From Salisapilia sapeloensis CBS 127946 (taxonomy: Eukaryota > Protista > Oomycota): 36,832 nucleotides of DNA. Shown one piece after another: positions 9,222 to 19,261 of the stretch (the first letter of the stretch is position 1; every line of letters starts with the position of its first letter). The notes below the pieces were generated by a model that was not told the origin of the DNA, did not search any database, and saw only the letters and a list, made by a program, of their open reading frames with translations. The position numbers were made by a program, and so were the translations under genes. The stretch lies in the NCBI GenBank assembly GCA_023334545.1, contig JAADVB010000193.1:1-36832 (forward strand), given 5' to 3'.

Positions 9222-10431
9222 ATCGTCGTGCAGACAATGCGAAGTGATGGCTACGACGGTCGATTCAAAACAGGTTGTGACACTTTGTAGGCTTTTAAAT
9301 GTGTTTGTTATGCACGGAGGCGCTATCTATCGAAACGATTGCTCGGTCCAAATAATGGCTACCAAGTATCAGGAAAAGAAGTCTTTTGCGCAGCCAGTAG
9401 ATGGATGATCGAAATATGGAGACGTCGGCCTCGTCCGCGTCGTCCCACGTACCTGACAGGACGAGAATAGAAGTGACGATTGAAAATATTTGCGCGACTG
9501 TATCCTGTCGTCATATCTGCTACGTGGCTCGCAAAGTCATCGTGGTTAAAATCTTCAGCTTTTCAAATAGTTGATAGCTTTGGAGCTCTGCTTCATACTG
9601 CTGTGTTTATTATTGAAGGGTGAGTCCTTCATTTGCTTGGAAGCCTTGGCCCTGACTTTTATATTGGTTTGATCTCGGCGAGAGAGATGTCGTGTTTTAA
9701 ATGAAAAATTGATAAAAGTTCGTAAGATTCCCACACGAGATTACTTGGATGCGGCGAAGTCGTGAAAAGATAAGCATTGTCAATCGGAGATTCGATGATG
9801 GAGCGAGGAAACGTGAAAGAAGGCTAGAGGGTGGTATAGGCAATAAAAATTTACATATTGGATTGTATCAAAGCTGGAGAAGACGAATTTGAACACGCAA
9901 AAAATGGTGACAAAAATACATGAAAAGTACATGAAAAGTACGCGAGTCTACAGGTAAATCAGGACATCAGTTCAAACTTGGTGCCAGCCTGTTTGCAATT
10001 GCCAAGTTTTACGACCAACTAAGGAAATGAGGTGTCTGGATATTGTCAGAGAAGAGACTAGTCTGGTTGGCGTCTTGAAAGAGAGCTATAGATATGGAAA
10101 CCTAGCTCACTTACAGGCAGAACCAATTGCGGATATCTGGCATCTCTTGCTTTGCTTTGTTGCTTCCCTTAATGCATGTGAAGGAAGACCGGAACCATTT
10201 GCTTCCATAGAGTCGATACCTCAAGCTTCGATCGCGACTACTATCATGCAGAATCGACTTAGTATATCCTAGTATGTCAAAGGACTTGATCACTTCAGCT
10301 ACTGGATGGTATTGGACAATGAAGGCGACCACCTTACTTGTACTATAATTAAAGTCATTCAGCATGATTTCACAAATAAAAGGAAAGTCGAGACAAACAA
10401 TTATTCCAAAGGCATTTAATTCCTCTTTAAA

Positions 10432-11334
10432 TCACGTCCATAGAGCTAGCATACCAAAGATACCGTAGCCGAGCAATAAGAACAAAATCTTGAGCCCAAT
10501 GTTCGACTTAACAGCACCGTGGCGAGGAAACTGTTTCGGAATCACTTCCATAACAGCTACGTAGATAAACGCTCCAGCGGAAAGCGCAATGCAGATACCG
10601 ACTCCAGCTGATCCATCGCTGTAATCAGCAATACCCCATCCAATGACGATTCCAATCACTGTCATAAGCGAAAAGGAAAAGATAAAAATGGCTGCTTGGC
10701 GATTCGATAAAGATGCCTCGATGAACTCTGTGCCAAGAGCGAAAGAAGCCAAACCTTTATGAGCGATGATTGCAATGAAAACATCCCATGCAGCGTCCGT
10801 TTGTGCACCAAGGCCAAGTCCTTCCAAGACCGAATGGAAACTTAGCGCAACAAAGAGACTTATTGCAACAGTGGCCGATGCCGTGTTATTTGTCAATTGA
10901 TGAGCATTAGCCAGGCCCTCATCGATCGGTGCGTCAATGAGGGTGTCTGCATGTGGCGACATGTTTTTCTCGTACGCGGGTGCTTCCAATGAGTGTGCAG
11001 ACTCCTCTTTTCCATTTGATGATGACATGTAGTGCTGAGCAGACTGCTCTAGAATGAGGACTAGAAGGAAGCCGATCGTACAGAAGAGCTGCGCATAGGG
11101 AAAATCGCCTCCCCAAGCAGCTAATCCTTCATTCTCGATCGCATCATTCAGCAAATGGATGAAGCCTCCTGCCAAAAAGACACCTCCTGTCGCCGATGTC
11201 ATCATCTCCAAGGCCAATTCCACACGTGGAGATTTGGAGCGAGATGCAAAGTAGACTGGCAATAGACCTCCAGCAATGGACACAGTCCAGATAACAATGA
11301 TTGAAATGATCTTGAACGTTTCTGCAGAATCCAT
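10432..11334 (-). CDS. ZIP-family (Zrt/Irt-like) zinc/iron transporter (300 aa)
   Basis: GGVFLAGGFIHLL (TM2), ALSFHSVLEGLGLGA (TM4 signature), AIIAHKGLASFALG (TM5), SAGAFIYVAVMEVIP; about 8 TM helices. Confidence 0.93.
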   Translation of the reverse strand: MDSAETFKIISIIVIWTVSIAGGLLPVYFASRSKSPRVELALEMMTSATGGVFLAGGFIHLLNDAIENEGLAAWGGDFPYAQLFCTIGFLLVLILEQSAQHYMSSSNGKEESAHSLEAPAYEKNMSPHADTLIDAPIDEGLANAHQLTNNTASATVAISLFVALSFHSVLEGLGLGAQTDAAWDVFIAIIAHKGLASFALGTEFIEASLSNRQAAIFIFSFSLMTVIGIVIGWGIADYSDGSAGVGICIALSAGAFIYVAVMEVIPKQFPRHGAVKSNIGLKILFLLLGYGIFGMLALWT

Positions 11335-11389
11335 AGCTCTTGTGTAGTGTCAATAAGGATGACCGGTTGGACTCTTCAGCTCCGATTCG

Positions 11390-11396
11390 AAAATGA
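11390..11396 (-). promoter_or_regulatory. Inr of the ZIP gene
   Basis: Minus strand acTCATTTTcg matches YCAYTYY, about 55 nt upstream of the ATG. Confidence 0.5.
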
Positions 11397-12180
11397 GTCC
11401 GGCAAAAGCATATTGCTGAAAGTACCGCCGTCGGAAGAGATATCAATGAAGATACATCATGCATTCCGCCGGCGACCAGGCCACGAACATAGAACTGTTA
11501 TGACGAACATCAGGTAAACGAAGTCGTCGTCGGAGCGGTTGTTACTACTGGTAGCAAGATAATTACTGCACAACTTTATTTTAACTTCTATCTAGCTTTA
11601 AGGGCGGTTTCATGAAGATCTGGATCGATACGATGGTATCTTTGGCATACGCTTACACTGATAATGCGTCGAGCAATATTCACAATGTCTGATAGATTGC
11701 TATTGCTACCGAATATCTACTGATAACTTCGGCATAGCGTGATTTACATCAAATTGCTCAGGTCGCCCTCGAGAAGATTGTACGCAGTAAACTTTTTAGG
11801 AAGCATGCAAACGCTTTTATCTGTGGCCTACTTAACGTAGACAGAAGAATCATCTTTCTCACAGTGCACGATTTCGAGCGACTATGACCATTGCAATGTA
11901 CTTGTACTGTACTAATTTTAGTGCTAGCGACAGCGTAAGTTGCCCAGCAAGGAGTCTTTCGGTCCATATGTCGAGCAGATCGACAGTTCTCGCAACAAAG
12001 CAAATATTCGACGCTCCTAGCACATTCTTTAGAAAATACTTAGAGTGTTCTAAAGGTACCGCCATCGAAAATCCATCATTAGGAATAGTACAAGCGTCCG
12101 TGTCATTGTAGTATAAGGCCCATTCAATTTATCCATTAATAAGAAATATGCTGCTGTCCAAGACTACTCTCTTAGTCCGA

Positions 12181-14007
12181 TCAAGGAGATTTGGGTCGAG
12201 ATCGACTCATTCGACCACTCGGAGCGACGTGGGCTTCCATAAATCTGAGAAAGCGATCTCCATATACGTCTGGTGGAACTGCTGAAATCTCGTTTCGGTC
12301 GTGGCGGAAGCCTTTGATCACATTCTCCGCCATCTTTCGACTGTTGTACTGCTGCAAAACATCAATGATTCCTAAAAAGTAGACCGGTCCGGTCAGTCGG
12401 CCACGTCGATCTCTAGCCGCGACTCCACCATCGTCCTGACAAAATACAGACGGATCTTGGTCTGTAGATCCCAACGACTTTGTCTTATCATCAAAATCCT
12501 CTGCCTCATGCCAATGCTGTGACCCGATTGGTGTATCAACAGATTCATCGCCGCTATCGTCCACATTGCTCGAGGAAGATTTATCATCTACGTTGTTCTC
12601 CACAGCCCAGACCTCTTCCGCGGATGTCACGAAAGCCGTCGCATCCGACATTCGACGTCCTACCGTTGTTTCCACGCTCCGCACAATGGTAGCAGGAGAA
12701 GTAACTTCTTCATCTATCCTCAATTTCGCAGGTGGGTCAGATTCCGATCGAGTCGATCTCCAAAACTTTTCAGCCCCTGCCATCGGAGAATTTGGAAGCG
12801 ACTTGGAGGTGCTCCAGTTTGATTTCAGTTCAGGTATGCGCATGTGCTGAGCAACTTTCCTCCTCCTGGTGCATGTGTTGAATGGATTCTGACGTCCAGT
12901 GGGGTCATGCACGCCTACTAGTAGGCTGTAGTCCATTATCTTCATCTGCTTTAGAAACTCAACATCCTGTTGGAGCTGGACCAGAAAGATAGCTCGACGT
13001 TGCGTACCAAGTTGGAGATGAAAGTTAGCGTCGATTAAATCCAAATCCTTCAATACGGTATCTTGATTGACTTGTTCCTGCTGCTCGGCTCCACTCTGCT
13101 CTTCCGTTTCTTGCTTTGGTTCAGGCAAGGAACGACGGCCGACTGTTGATCCTTTCAGGTCAAATTTCCAATGCACCTCAAGAGGAGAGTAGAAGACACT
13201 CGCCATGATAACAAAGTGCGTCTTTCGATTCACATGCCTTGTCCGCATCTCCACTCGGTGTAGCCCATAGAAACGTGGCAACAATGTGTGTGGGTGCTCC
13301 ATGACGAAACGATAATAGTGAGGTAGCATGCGACGCAAGCACTTAGACTCATCCTTCGTTTGTGTCTTGATAAGAAATCGACCATCGTGCGAGTAGAAGA
13401 AGAACTGGCCAGACTTGGAGTTGCTGAGAAACTCTAGGAAACTGTGTTCATCGCCACCTTTGCACAGCGTCAAGATGTAGTCCATCGAATCGAGTGCGAA
13501 CCGACCGCGTAGTCGACGAAAGACTTCTGGGGCATAGTCTTTAAACTTAAACGTGTGCGGCTGTGGAGCATTCGCTTTAAAAGTATGCTTCTCAATACGT
13601 GAAAAGTCTCCCAGACTTAGTCGCTGCCGAAACAGCACTTGAGTCTGTAAACCAGCAGACTTGAGTATTCCTCGCATCATCCCATAAGTTAGCGCGTACT
13701 GAGCGTGCTTGGAATGGATGACTGTTCCCGGTGGCGTTCGAAAGCCCTGTAGGTTAAATGAATCGCTAGAATGTCGGACATGCGTTTCGGTCCGTGACTT
13801 TGTCTTCTTCTTCTTTCCCTGCTCAGTCTTTGATCCTTCATACTCTTCGTAGTCATCGTTTGGAATCTCAAGTGAAATTGAGGACAGAGCTAATGTCGGA
13901 GCCGCTGCTTGAAGGCGATCGGACTTGCTGCGATTCCTTTGATCTCCCGCCAGGTCGGACTCACTTGCGGAGGGGACAGCAATCATCGTCAAGTGTTCCG
14001 TGGCCAT
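12181..14007 (-). CDS. Phosphatidylinositol phosphate kinase (PIP5K family), about 608 aa
   Basis: FKFKDYAPEVF, SKSGQFFFYSHDGRFLIKT, FDLKGS, LKDLD, MDYSLLVGVH, YFLGIIDVLQQY, ISAVPPDVYGDRF. First ATG at 14007. Confidence 0.93.
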   Translation of the reverse strand: MATEHLTMIAVPSASESDLAGDQRNRSKSDRLQAAAPTLALSSISLEIPNDDYEEYEGSKTEQGKKKKTKSRTETHVRHSSDSFNLQGFRTPPGTVIHSKHAQYALTYGMMRGILKSAGLQTQVLFRQRLSLGDFSRIEKHTFKANAPQPHTFKFKDYAPEVFRRLRGRFALDSMDYILTLCKGGDEHSFLEFLSNSKSGQFFFYSHDGRFLIKTQTKDESKCLRRMLPHYYRFVMEHPHTLLPRFYGLHRVEMRTRHVNRKTHFVIMASVFYSPLEVHWKFDLKGSTVGRRSLPEPKQETEEQSGAEQQEQVNQDTVLKDLDLIDANFHLQLGTQRRAIFLVQLQQDVEFLKQMKIMDYSLLVGVHDPTGRQNPFNTCTRRRKVAQHMRIPELKSNWSTSKSLPNSPMAGAEKFWRSTRSESDPPAKLRIDEEVTSPATIVRSVETTVGRRMSDATAFVTSAEEVWAVENNVDDKSSSSNVDDSGDESVDTPIGSQHWHEAEDFDDKTKSLGSTDQDPSVFCQDDGGVAARDRRGRLTGPVYFLGIIDVLQQYNSRKMAENVIKGFRHDRNEISAVPPDVYGDRFLRFMEAHVAPSGRMSRSRPKSP

Positions 14008-14070
14008 CACAGCTATATTCCTCACTTTTGAATAGTCTTGTGACGTCCTAAGCGTATGATAGTTGGAGAA

Positions 14071-14083
14071 GAATTGGAAATGA
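14071..14083 (-). promoter_or_regulatory. Inr+FPR-like core promoter of the PIP kinase gene
   Basis: Minus strand TCATTTCCAATTC, about 65 nt upstream of the ATG at 14007, which supports that start. Confidence 0.55.
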
Positions 14084-16048
14084 TGTCCCGATAGAAAGTG
14101 AGGTTTTCTTATCTTGAGAGAAACTCCATTCTATCTCTTGCGCCAAAAATAGTGATGGACGATCCGTTGAGTCTTCCACAACATTTCCTGTACACAATTG
14201 CTTGGTTCCCTTCTTCTGCGCGAAATACTATTATCACAGAATCTTTCGTTGAAAACGAAACGGGTTTCACGGCTCCAGCCCAATCGCTCCTATGCAGGTT
14301 TGAGCAGGTAGGTCGTAAGATGAGACTTTGGCGTATAGCTTTGGATGAGATATGGGTTATTCAGATTGTTTCATGTCTGGGTTACCATACGTGCATAATG
14401 AAGATCCCAAGTCAAGCGAATGCTTCATTTGCCATGCACCATAATTTATGCAGGTCGGCATTTCGCAGAATGCTATTTCGATGCGATCCAGTATCCCGAC
14501 ATGAGCTTTGTCCATCCCTATCAAACCATAGAATCCCTTCCTGCTTGGCTTGGGTCCTAGTATCCTTTGCAAAGTGTACAATATCACGATCTTCACACAC
14601 TATCTTCTTCATTCGCCTGGATACTTTCCAATTGTCAGAATCTTACATACGATCGTGCATACCTGATACAGATGCAATTCATGTTATCCTACCTTATACA
14701 ATTCCATATCTGCAAGTATATACTAGGTCGAAATAGCTTCACAAGAACAGCGACTTCTTTCAAAGCAAGTTTATAAATATTTAACGAGATGAGTGCTACT
14801 ACTTCTTGGTTACGTTTTGGATTTTTCTATTGAAGACTTGCGTGCTCGGCATCCAAGTTCGTACACTTGCAGATGATACCTTCCCGACGGAAAAGAAAGC
14901 GTAACAATCTTTGGCTCATGCAGCATCAATCTCATCCACGACTATGTTTCTACGTTTCTACGTCCAACGTGCTTCAAGACTGCAAGGGAAGTATCGAGCA
15001 CGTGCATGTCCGAATAGATGCCATCTACTCAATACGTGCATCTTAACTACAGCGTAAAAGATTTTCGTAGGACCACCTTCAGCTAGGATTTGAAAGGCAC
15101 TAGACTCTGTCGGAAACACATCTGCTGCCTTTTGTTAAGCTTATACAAAGTCCTTGGCTAAGATCGGCACCACCTAAAGTGATTCTACATTGATACGACA
15201 TATCCGCCCATTGCATGCTCACGAGCATGTATCCCTAGTCGAAATGCAGACACAACCTTGGTACATGTACACTTATCCCACATATTGTGCATTTAAGAAA
15301 GGATGAAAGACTTCAACGGTCATATAGACAGCTTGACTACCGCTAAAGCTACCGTCGTGGAATGGCTCAGCACATGCAGCTACAAAAACCTCGCGTCCTT
15401 CGACCTGTTTTTACATAGGATTGAAGTGCAGAATCATAGCATAAGTTCAGATGGGTAGACAGAGGGCTGCAGGAGTTTCAAGGACTAGCCAACGCGACGT
15501 ATAGAGAGTCGTAAATTTTCGAAGCGTCTTGCGCTATACTCGGTCTTGCCACGACCTACACGTCTTGCCAACGTATTTTAATCAATTGACATAGCCACCA
15601 GTTAAAGTAGATATGGTATCTGATTCATGTAAACGGATCGTAGACGACAGCACTCGATCCACGCGAACATCAGTACAAGTGGTACACTCGCCTCTACCTC
15701 GCTGGTCAATTTTGACAGCTCCAGATGCATCGTTGTATCCATCATATCTTAAAAAGCCGTCATCTGATTCTCAGGAAAGCCATGGCAACCGAGCCCGTCG
15801 GCACGCTCGTCACCCACTACACTGCAAAACCTTCACTCGATCAACTGCAAAGGTTCCTTGTCGGAGAATACACACAGAAGAAAACGCAGCAGTAGACGCC
15901 AACGTCCACTATGGTCAGTCGTAAATTTTCATCCGGCTGAGCATTGAATCGATTTCACCGCTTTAATTTTTTTTCGGTCGACTGCTCGCTCGTTGACTTG
16001 ATTTGACTATTCCGCTTCGACACCGGATCAGAACCCGGATCCTGGACG

Positions 16049-16055
16049 TCACTTT
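16049..16055 (+). promoter_or_regulatory. Inr of the 898-aa membrane protein gene
   Basis: TCACTTT matches YCAYTYY, 42 nt upstream of the ATG at 16097. Confidence 0.5.
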
Positions 16056-16096
16056 GCTATTCGCCGCGTCCTGCGCAAGTCTCGAGTACGTTGAAC

Positions 16097-18793
16097 ATGG
16101 CGAGTGGACAAGGAAGCGATATGGATGACGCCACGTCCAGTTTCATGGCGATGCTCCATCCATCCGACGCGCCGTCGGAGGAACATCCGCGACAGACGCA
16201 ATACGGCACTGTCCGACGGCCGAGTGCCGACTGCTCTTGCAGTCGTTGCAGTAGTCACCATCATAGCAGTCGCCACGCTAGTCACCGCGGAAGTCAGTCT
16301 CGACCTTCACAAGGCCACCATTTTCATCACATGAAAAGCTCGCAACAGCTCCAGGAACGAACGAGATCGTTGTTGAAGCAGCAAAGCACGCGGAATCCCA
16401 AGTCACAGGACGAAACGATCATGTATTCCGAGCAGGATGCAAACGATATCATTCTAGCAGCGAATGCACCACCGTCTTACTCTGGCAATTTTGACGAGAT
16501 CATGAACCAGATTCGAGCGCAAAGGTACTACCAGAAGCAGTTTCAACGCGTGCAGGCACAAACCGAGATGAGTCGATTCTTGTACTTTTCCAATCATGAC
16601 GAGACCAAGTACGAGAGCAGGTACTTGGCACTAGCTCAGAACGCGTCCGTCAACCGCGTCCGTTTCTGTTTCTTGCTCGGCATGATCAGCCTCTTTGCAC
16701 TCTACTTCAGCGAAATGAGGAATGGCGATTGGGATCCGGATGACAAGGTCGGACGGACGGAGAGCGACAAGCTCGCGACGACTATCTTGTGCTTTGGCGG
16801 GATGCTACCTGTCTTGTTCTTGGGCATCATGTCGACATTTTCGGGAATCGGACGAGTGCATTTAGAAAACGTGACCGTCGCCGTCTTTCTGATCATCGGG
16901 GAATTGATGATCGTCAAGAAGCCGCTGTCCAAGACGAAAGGTCCGGTCATCCCATTGCTCATTCTTCTCATTCCAGTCTTTGGTATCACCAGGATGAGGT
17001 TTGCCAAGTCGTGCTGTGTCGGATGGGGACTCCTTGTCTCCTACTTGATCGTCCAAATCTCCGCGCGCCATGCTTTCCTCCCAAAACCAGACGCATTCGA
17101 CTCCTCCACGGCATTGTCATACCAGACGATCAACTACGGCATCGCTATCATCGGTGGCATGGTCTCCCAGTACCGTCAAGAGCTGCTACGTCGTCGGAAT
17201 TTTGCACTACGTCTACCCTTCTCTGGCACGCTCGACGCCGAATCACTGTTCGAAATGTCTGTCCACAAATTCGCCCGGAGAGATCTCTTGACGTGGTACA
17301 ACCTTAAATTCAACCACCCGGACGTGGAAGAGTGTTTCTACAAGTACTGGTACCTCATCGACGCGTTTCCGTATCAAAATCCAAACTCTGGAAGTCTCCA
17401 TCAAGGTGTTTTCCGTGTCATCCGCTTCGCCATCTCGACTCTCCTTTTGAATCAAGTCGTGCTCGTCCTCCAGGACTATAAACTGTTAAAACTGCCGGAA
17501 GGACGTCTCGCACGAGAGTTTAACACAGCCATCATCCTCCGTCTAGGCATCACCGTCCCTCTGTACCTTAGTGCCGCACTTGTCATGTATGTTCTCGGCA
17601 AAGCATTTTTCAATTTGTGGGTGAAGCAGGCGGAGGATGCCAAGAACGAAGCGCTGCGAGACTCGTTCACACTCGACGTCCCGCCCAGCATCTCCTCCTC
17701 TCCTTCCTCTCCTTCCTCTCCCTACAGCTCTGCTTCTCCATCGTCTCCCAGGAGCCCTCTCATCCTGAACAACGCGTCGTCACCGATTAAAGACGGACAG
17801 TATCCCCAAGCCTTCGAAGACTACAGTCGTTCGCCAGCCATGAAAGACGTGGCGGAAGAAGCCATGGAGCAGAGGTACTCTAGCAACACCATGGACAGCA
17901 ACACTAGCTCCAATCGTCCGACGTCCTCACAGGAAAAGTCCAAGTACCACAACACGATCTATCAGAACACGGAGCCGTATCCAGAGTACGAAGGTGCATC
18001 CGACTACTCTCGTGCGTCCTCTCCGAGAGGAGACAAGAGGAGCTTCAAGCAGCATCTAGTCGATTCCTATGAGACCATCAAGGACAGCGTGCTGCACATC
18101 CTACTGGCAAAAGGAGGCTACGTACGTACGTCCCAGCTCTACGCTTGCATCGTCATCACTACCCACGTCGGATGCATGGGCGCTCTACTCCTCGTGGTAT
18201 CCTCTGGCGTCCGGCCGCAGCCGGTATACTACATGGGTTTCCTCAACGCCGTCCTCTTCGCCCACCGCAGTGGCTTCCGCGTCCGATTCGTGTATGCCAC
18301 CATCTCGACGTTCATCGTTAGCTTTGGCGTCGTCTTGTGTGCTGCATTCTTCACACCAGACTACTGGAAGGAGTATGCAGGCTACATGGCCGTCATGTTC
18401 GTCCTCGGGATGATGATCAGCTACGAGGAAGAGTCTCTCCGTCGCACGTTTTTCATCCTCAAGAGCATGCGAATGCTCGAGTTTGAAGAGTGGTTTGGCG
18501 TCGTCTTGCGTGTGCAGAATTGGGTCAAGGAAAAGTTTCGTAAGCGATTGGAACGCATTCGAGAGAAGCAACGACAAGAGTATCAAGGTAGCGTCAAGAG
18601 CCTCGTGGACATTATGGACGCGAATCAACATACATGGACGCAGAGCATGCGGACGCGACTAGTAAAACCCCATCGGCCAAGTCCGAAAGTCATCGAGACG
18701 TCGTCGCAACTGGCCATGGCGAGCAAGATGGGCATGTACGCCCAACTCGTCAACATCATCATCGCGCTCGTCGACGTTCTCACGAGCATGTAG
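16097..18793 (+). CDS. Polytopic membrane protein (898 aa) with two cyclase/PDE-like 6-TM modules and no recognisable catalytic domain
   Basis: Long intact ORF with about 12 hydrophobic segments in two blocks. Each block opens with LxF...E..Y and closes with E.LRR.(N/F)F. The CDS is secure; the family call is inferred. Confidence 0.85.
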   Translation: MASGQGSDMDDATSSFMAMLHPSDAPSEEHPRQTQYGTVRRPSADCSCSRCSSHHHSSRHASHRGSQSRPSQGHHFHHMKSSQQLQERTRSLLKQQSTRNPKSQDETIMYSEQDANDIILAANAPPSYSGNFDEIMNQIRAQRYYQKQFQRVQAQTEMSRFLYFSNHDETKYESRYLALAQNASVNRVRFCFLLGMISLFALYFSEMRNGDWDPDDKVGRTESDKLATTILCFGGMLPVLFLGIMSTFSGIGRVHLENVTVAVFLIIGELMIVKKPLSKTKGPVIPLLILLIPVFGITRMRFAKSCCVGWGLLVSYLIVQISARHAFLPKPDAFDSSTALSYQTINYGIAIIGGMVSQYRQELLRRRNFALRLPFSGTLDAESLFEMSVHKFARRDLLTWYNLKFNHPDVEECFYKYWYLIDAFPYQNPNSGSLHQGVFRVIRFAISTLLLNQVVLVLQDYKLLKLPEGRLAREFNTAIILRLGITVPLYLSAALVMYVLGKAFFNLWVKQAEDAKNEALRDSFTLDVPPSISSSPSSPSSPYSSASPSSPRSPLILNNASSPIKDGQYPQAFEDYSRSPAMKDVAEEAMEQRYSSNTMDSNTSSNRPTSSQEKSKYHNTIYQNTEPYPEYEGASDYSRASSPRGDKRSFKQHLVDSYETIKDSVLHILLAKGGYVRTSQLYACIVITTHVGCMGALLLVVSSGVRPQPVYYMGFLNAVLFAHRSGFRVRFVYATISTFIVSFGVVLCAAFFTPDYWKEYAGYMAVMFVLGMMISYEEESLRRTFFILKSMRMLEFEEWFGVVLRVQNWVKEKFRKRLERIREKQRQEYQGSVKSLVDIMDANQHTWTQSMRTRLVKPHRPSPKVIETSSQLAMASKMGMYAQLVNIIIALVDVLTSM

Positions 18794-19190
18794 CACTGCT
18801 AGTTTTAGATGGTACAGCTACGGTACACTACAATTGAATTGTGCATCTTTTTACATTTCTTTCTTTTGACTCTTTTGTCGCATACGATCGAAGCAGGCGG
18901 TACATACAAGGTACACAATTCGATGAAATTTTCGTGTTACCTCAAGTGTCTTGGACTTGACTTTGGACTGCGGGATGGGATGCTACTGTACAGTCCACAG
19001 TGGCAAGTGGGATTGATTGTGCTTGATTCGGGACGATGTAGGTAATTCCGCACCCCTTGCGATACGAAGCTTCTGGTGCATTTTCTCTTAAGAATACTAG
19101 GTTCAATTTTCTTGACCGGACGACTCTATCCCGCCGTGAAGGCTTTCGAACCACTTTTTCGTGCTCTTTCCACTTGCTTTTGCTATCGAC

Positions 19191-19197
19191 GCTCATT
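19191..19197 (+). promoter_or_regulatory. Inr of the TKL kinase gene
   Basis: GCTCATT, the canonical oomycete Inr start, about 65 nt upstream of the ATG at 19262. Confidence 0.55.
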
Positions 19198-19261
19198 ATC
19201 ACACTTGCCGTCCTGCACCCACCCACCCATAGCACTTTCCAATTCACTTGGCTTTTGTATC

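Noticed and set aside
9917-9941. 11-bp tandem TACATGAAAAG x2
   Set aside because: A simple two-copy slippage duplication; not a spaced array, so not CRISPR-like.
10111-10365. 84-aa minus-strand ORF downstream of the ZIP gene
   Set aside because: No motif or promoter support; length is within chance expectation.
14098-14736. 212-aa plus-strand ORF
   Set aside because: Starts at a non-ATG codon, has no recognisable domain and lies in the PIPK promoter region. A second frame (YAGRHFAECYFDAIQYPD...) looks protein-like but is short and bounded by stops, so it cannot be supported.
15154-15165. TTGGCTAAGATC, matching part of U2 snRNA
   Set aside because: The match is 12 nt only. It is not followed by the AAGTGTAGTA branch-pairing sequence or preceded by the U2 5' end.
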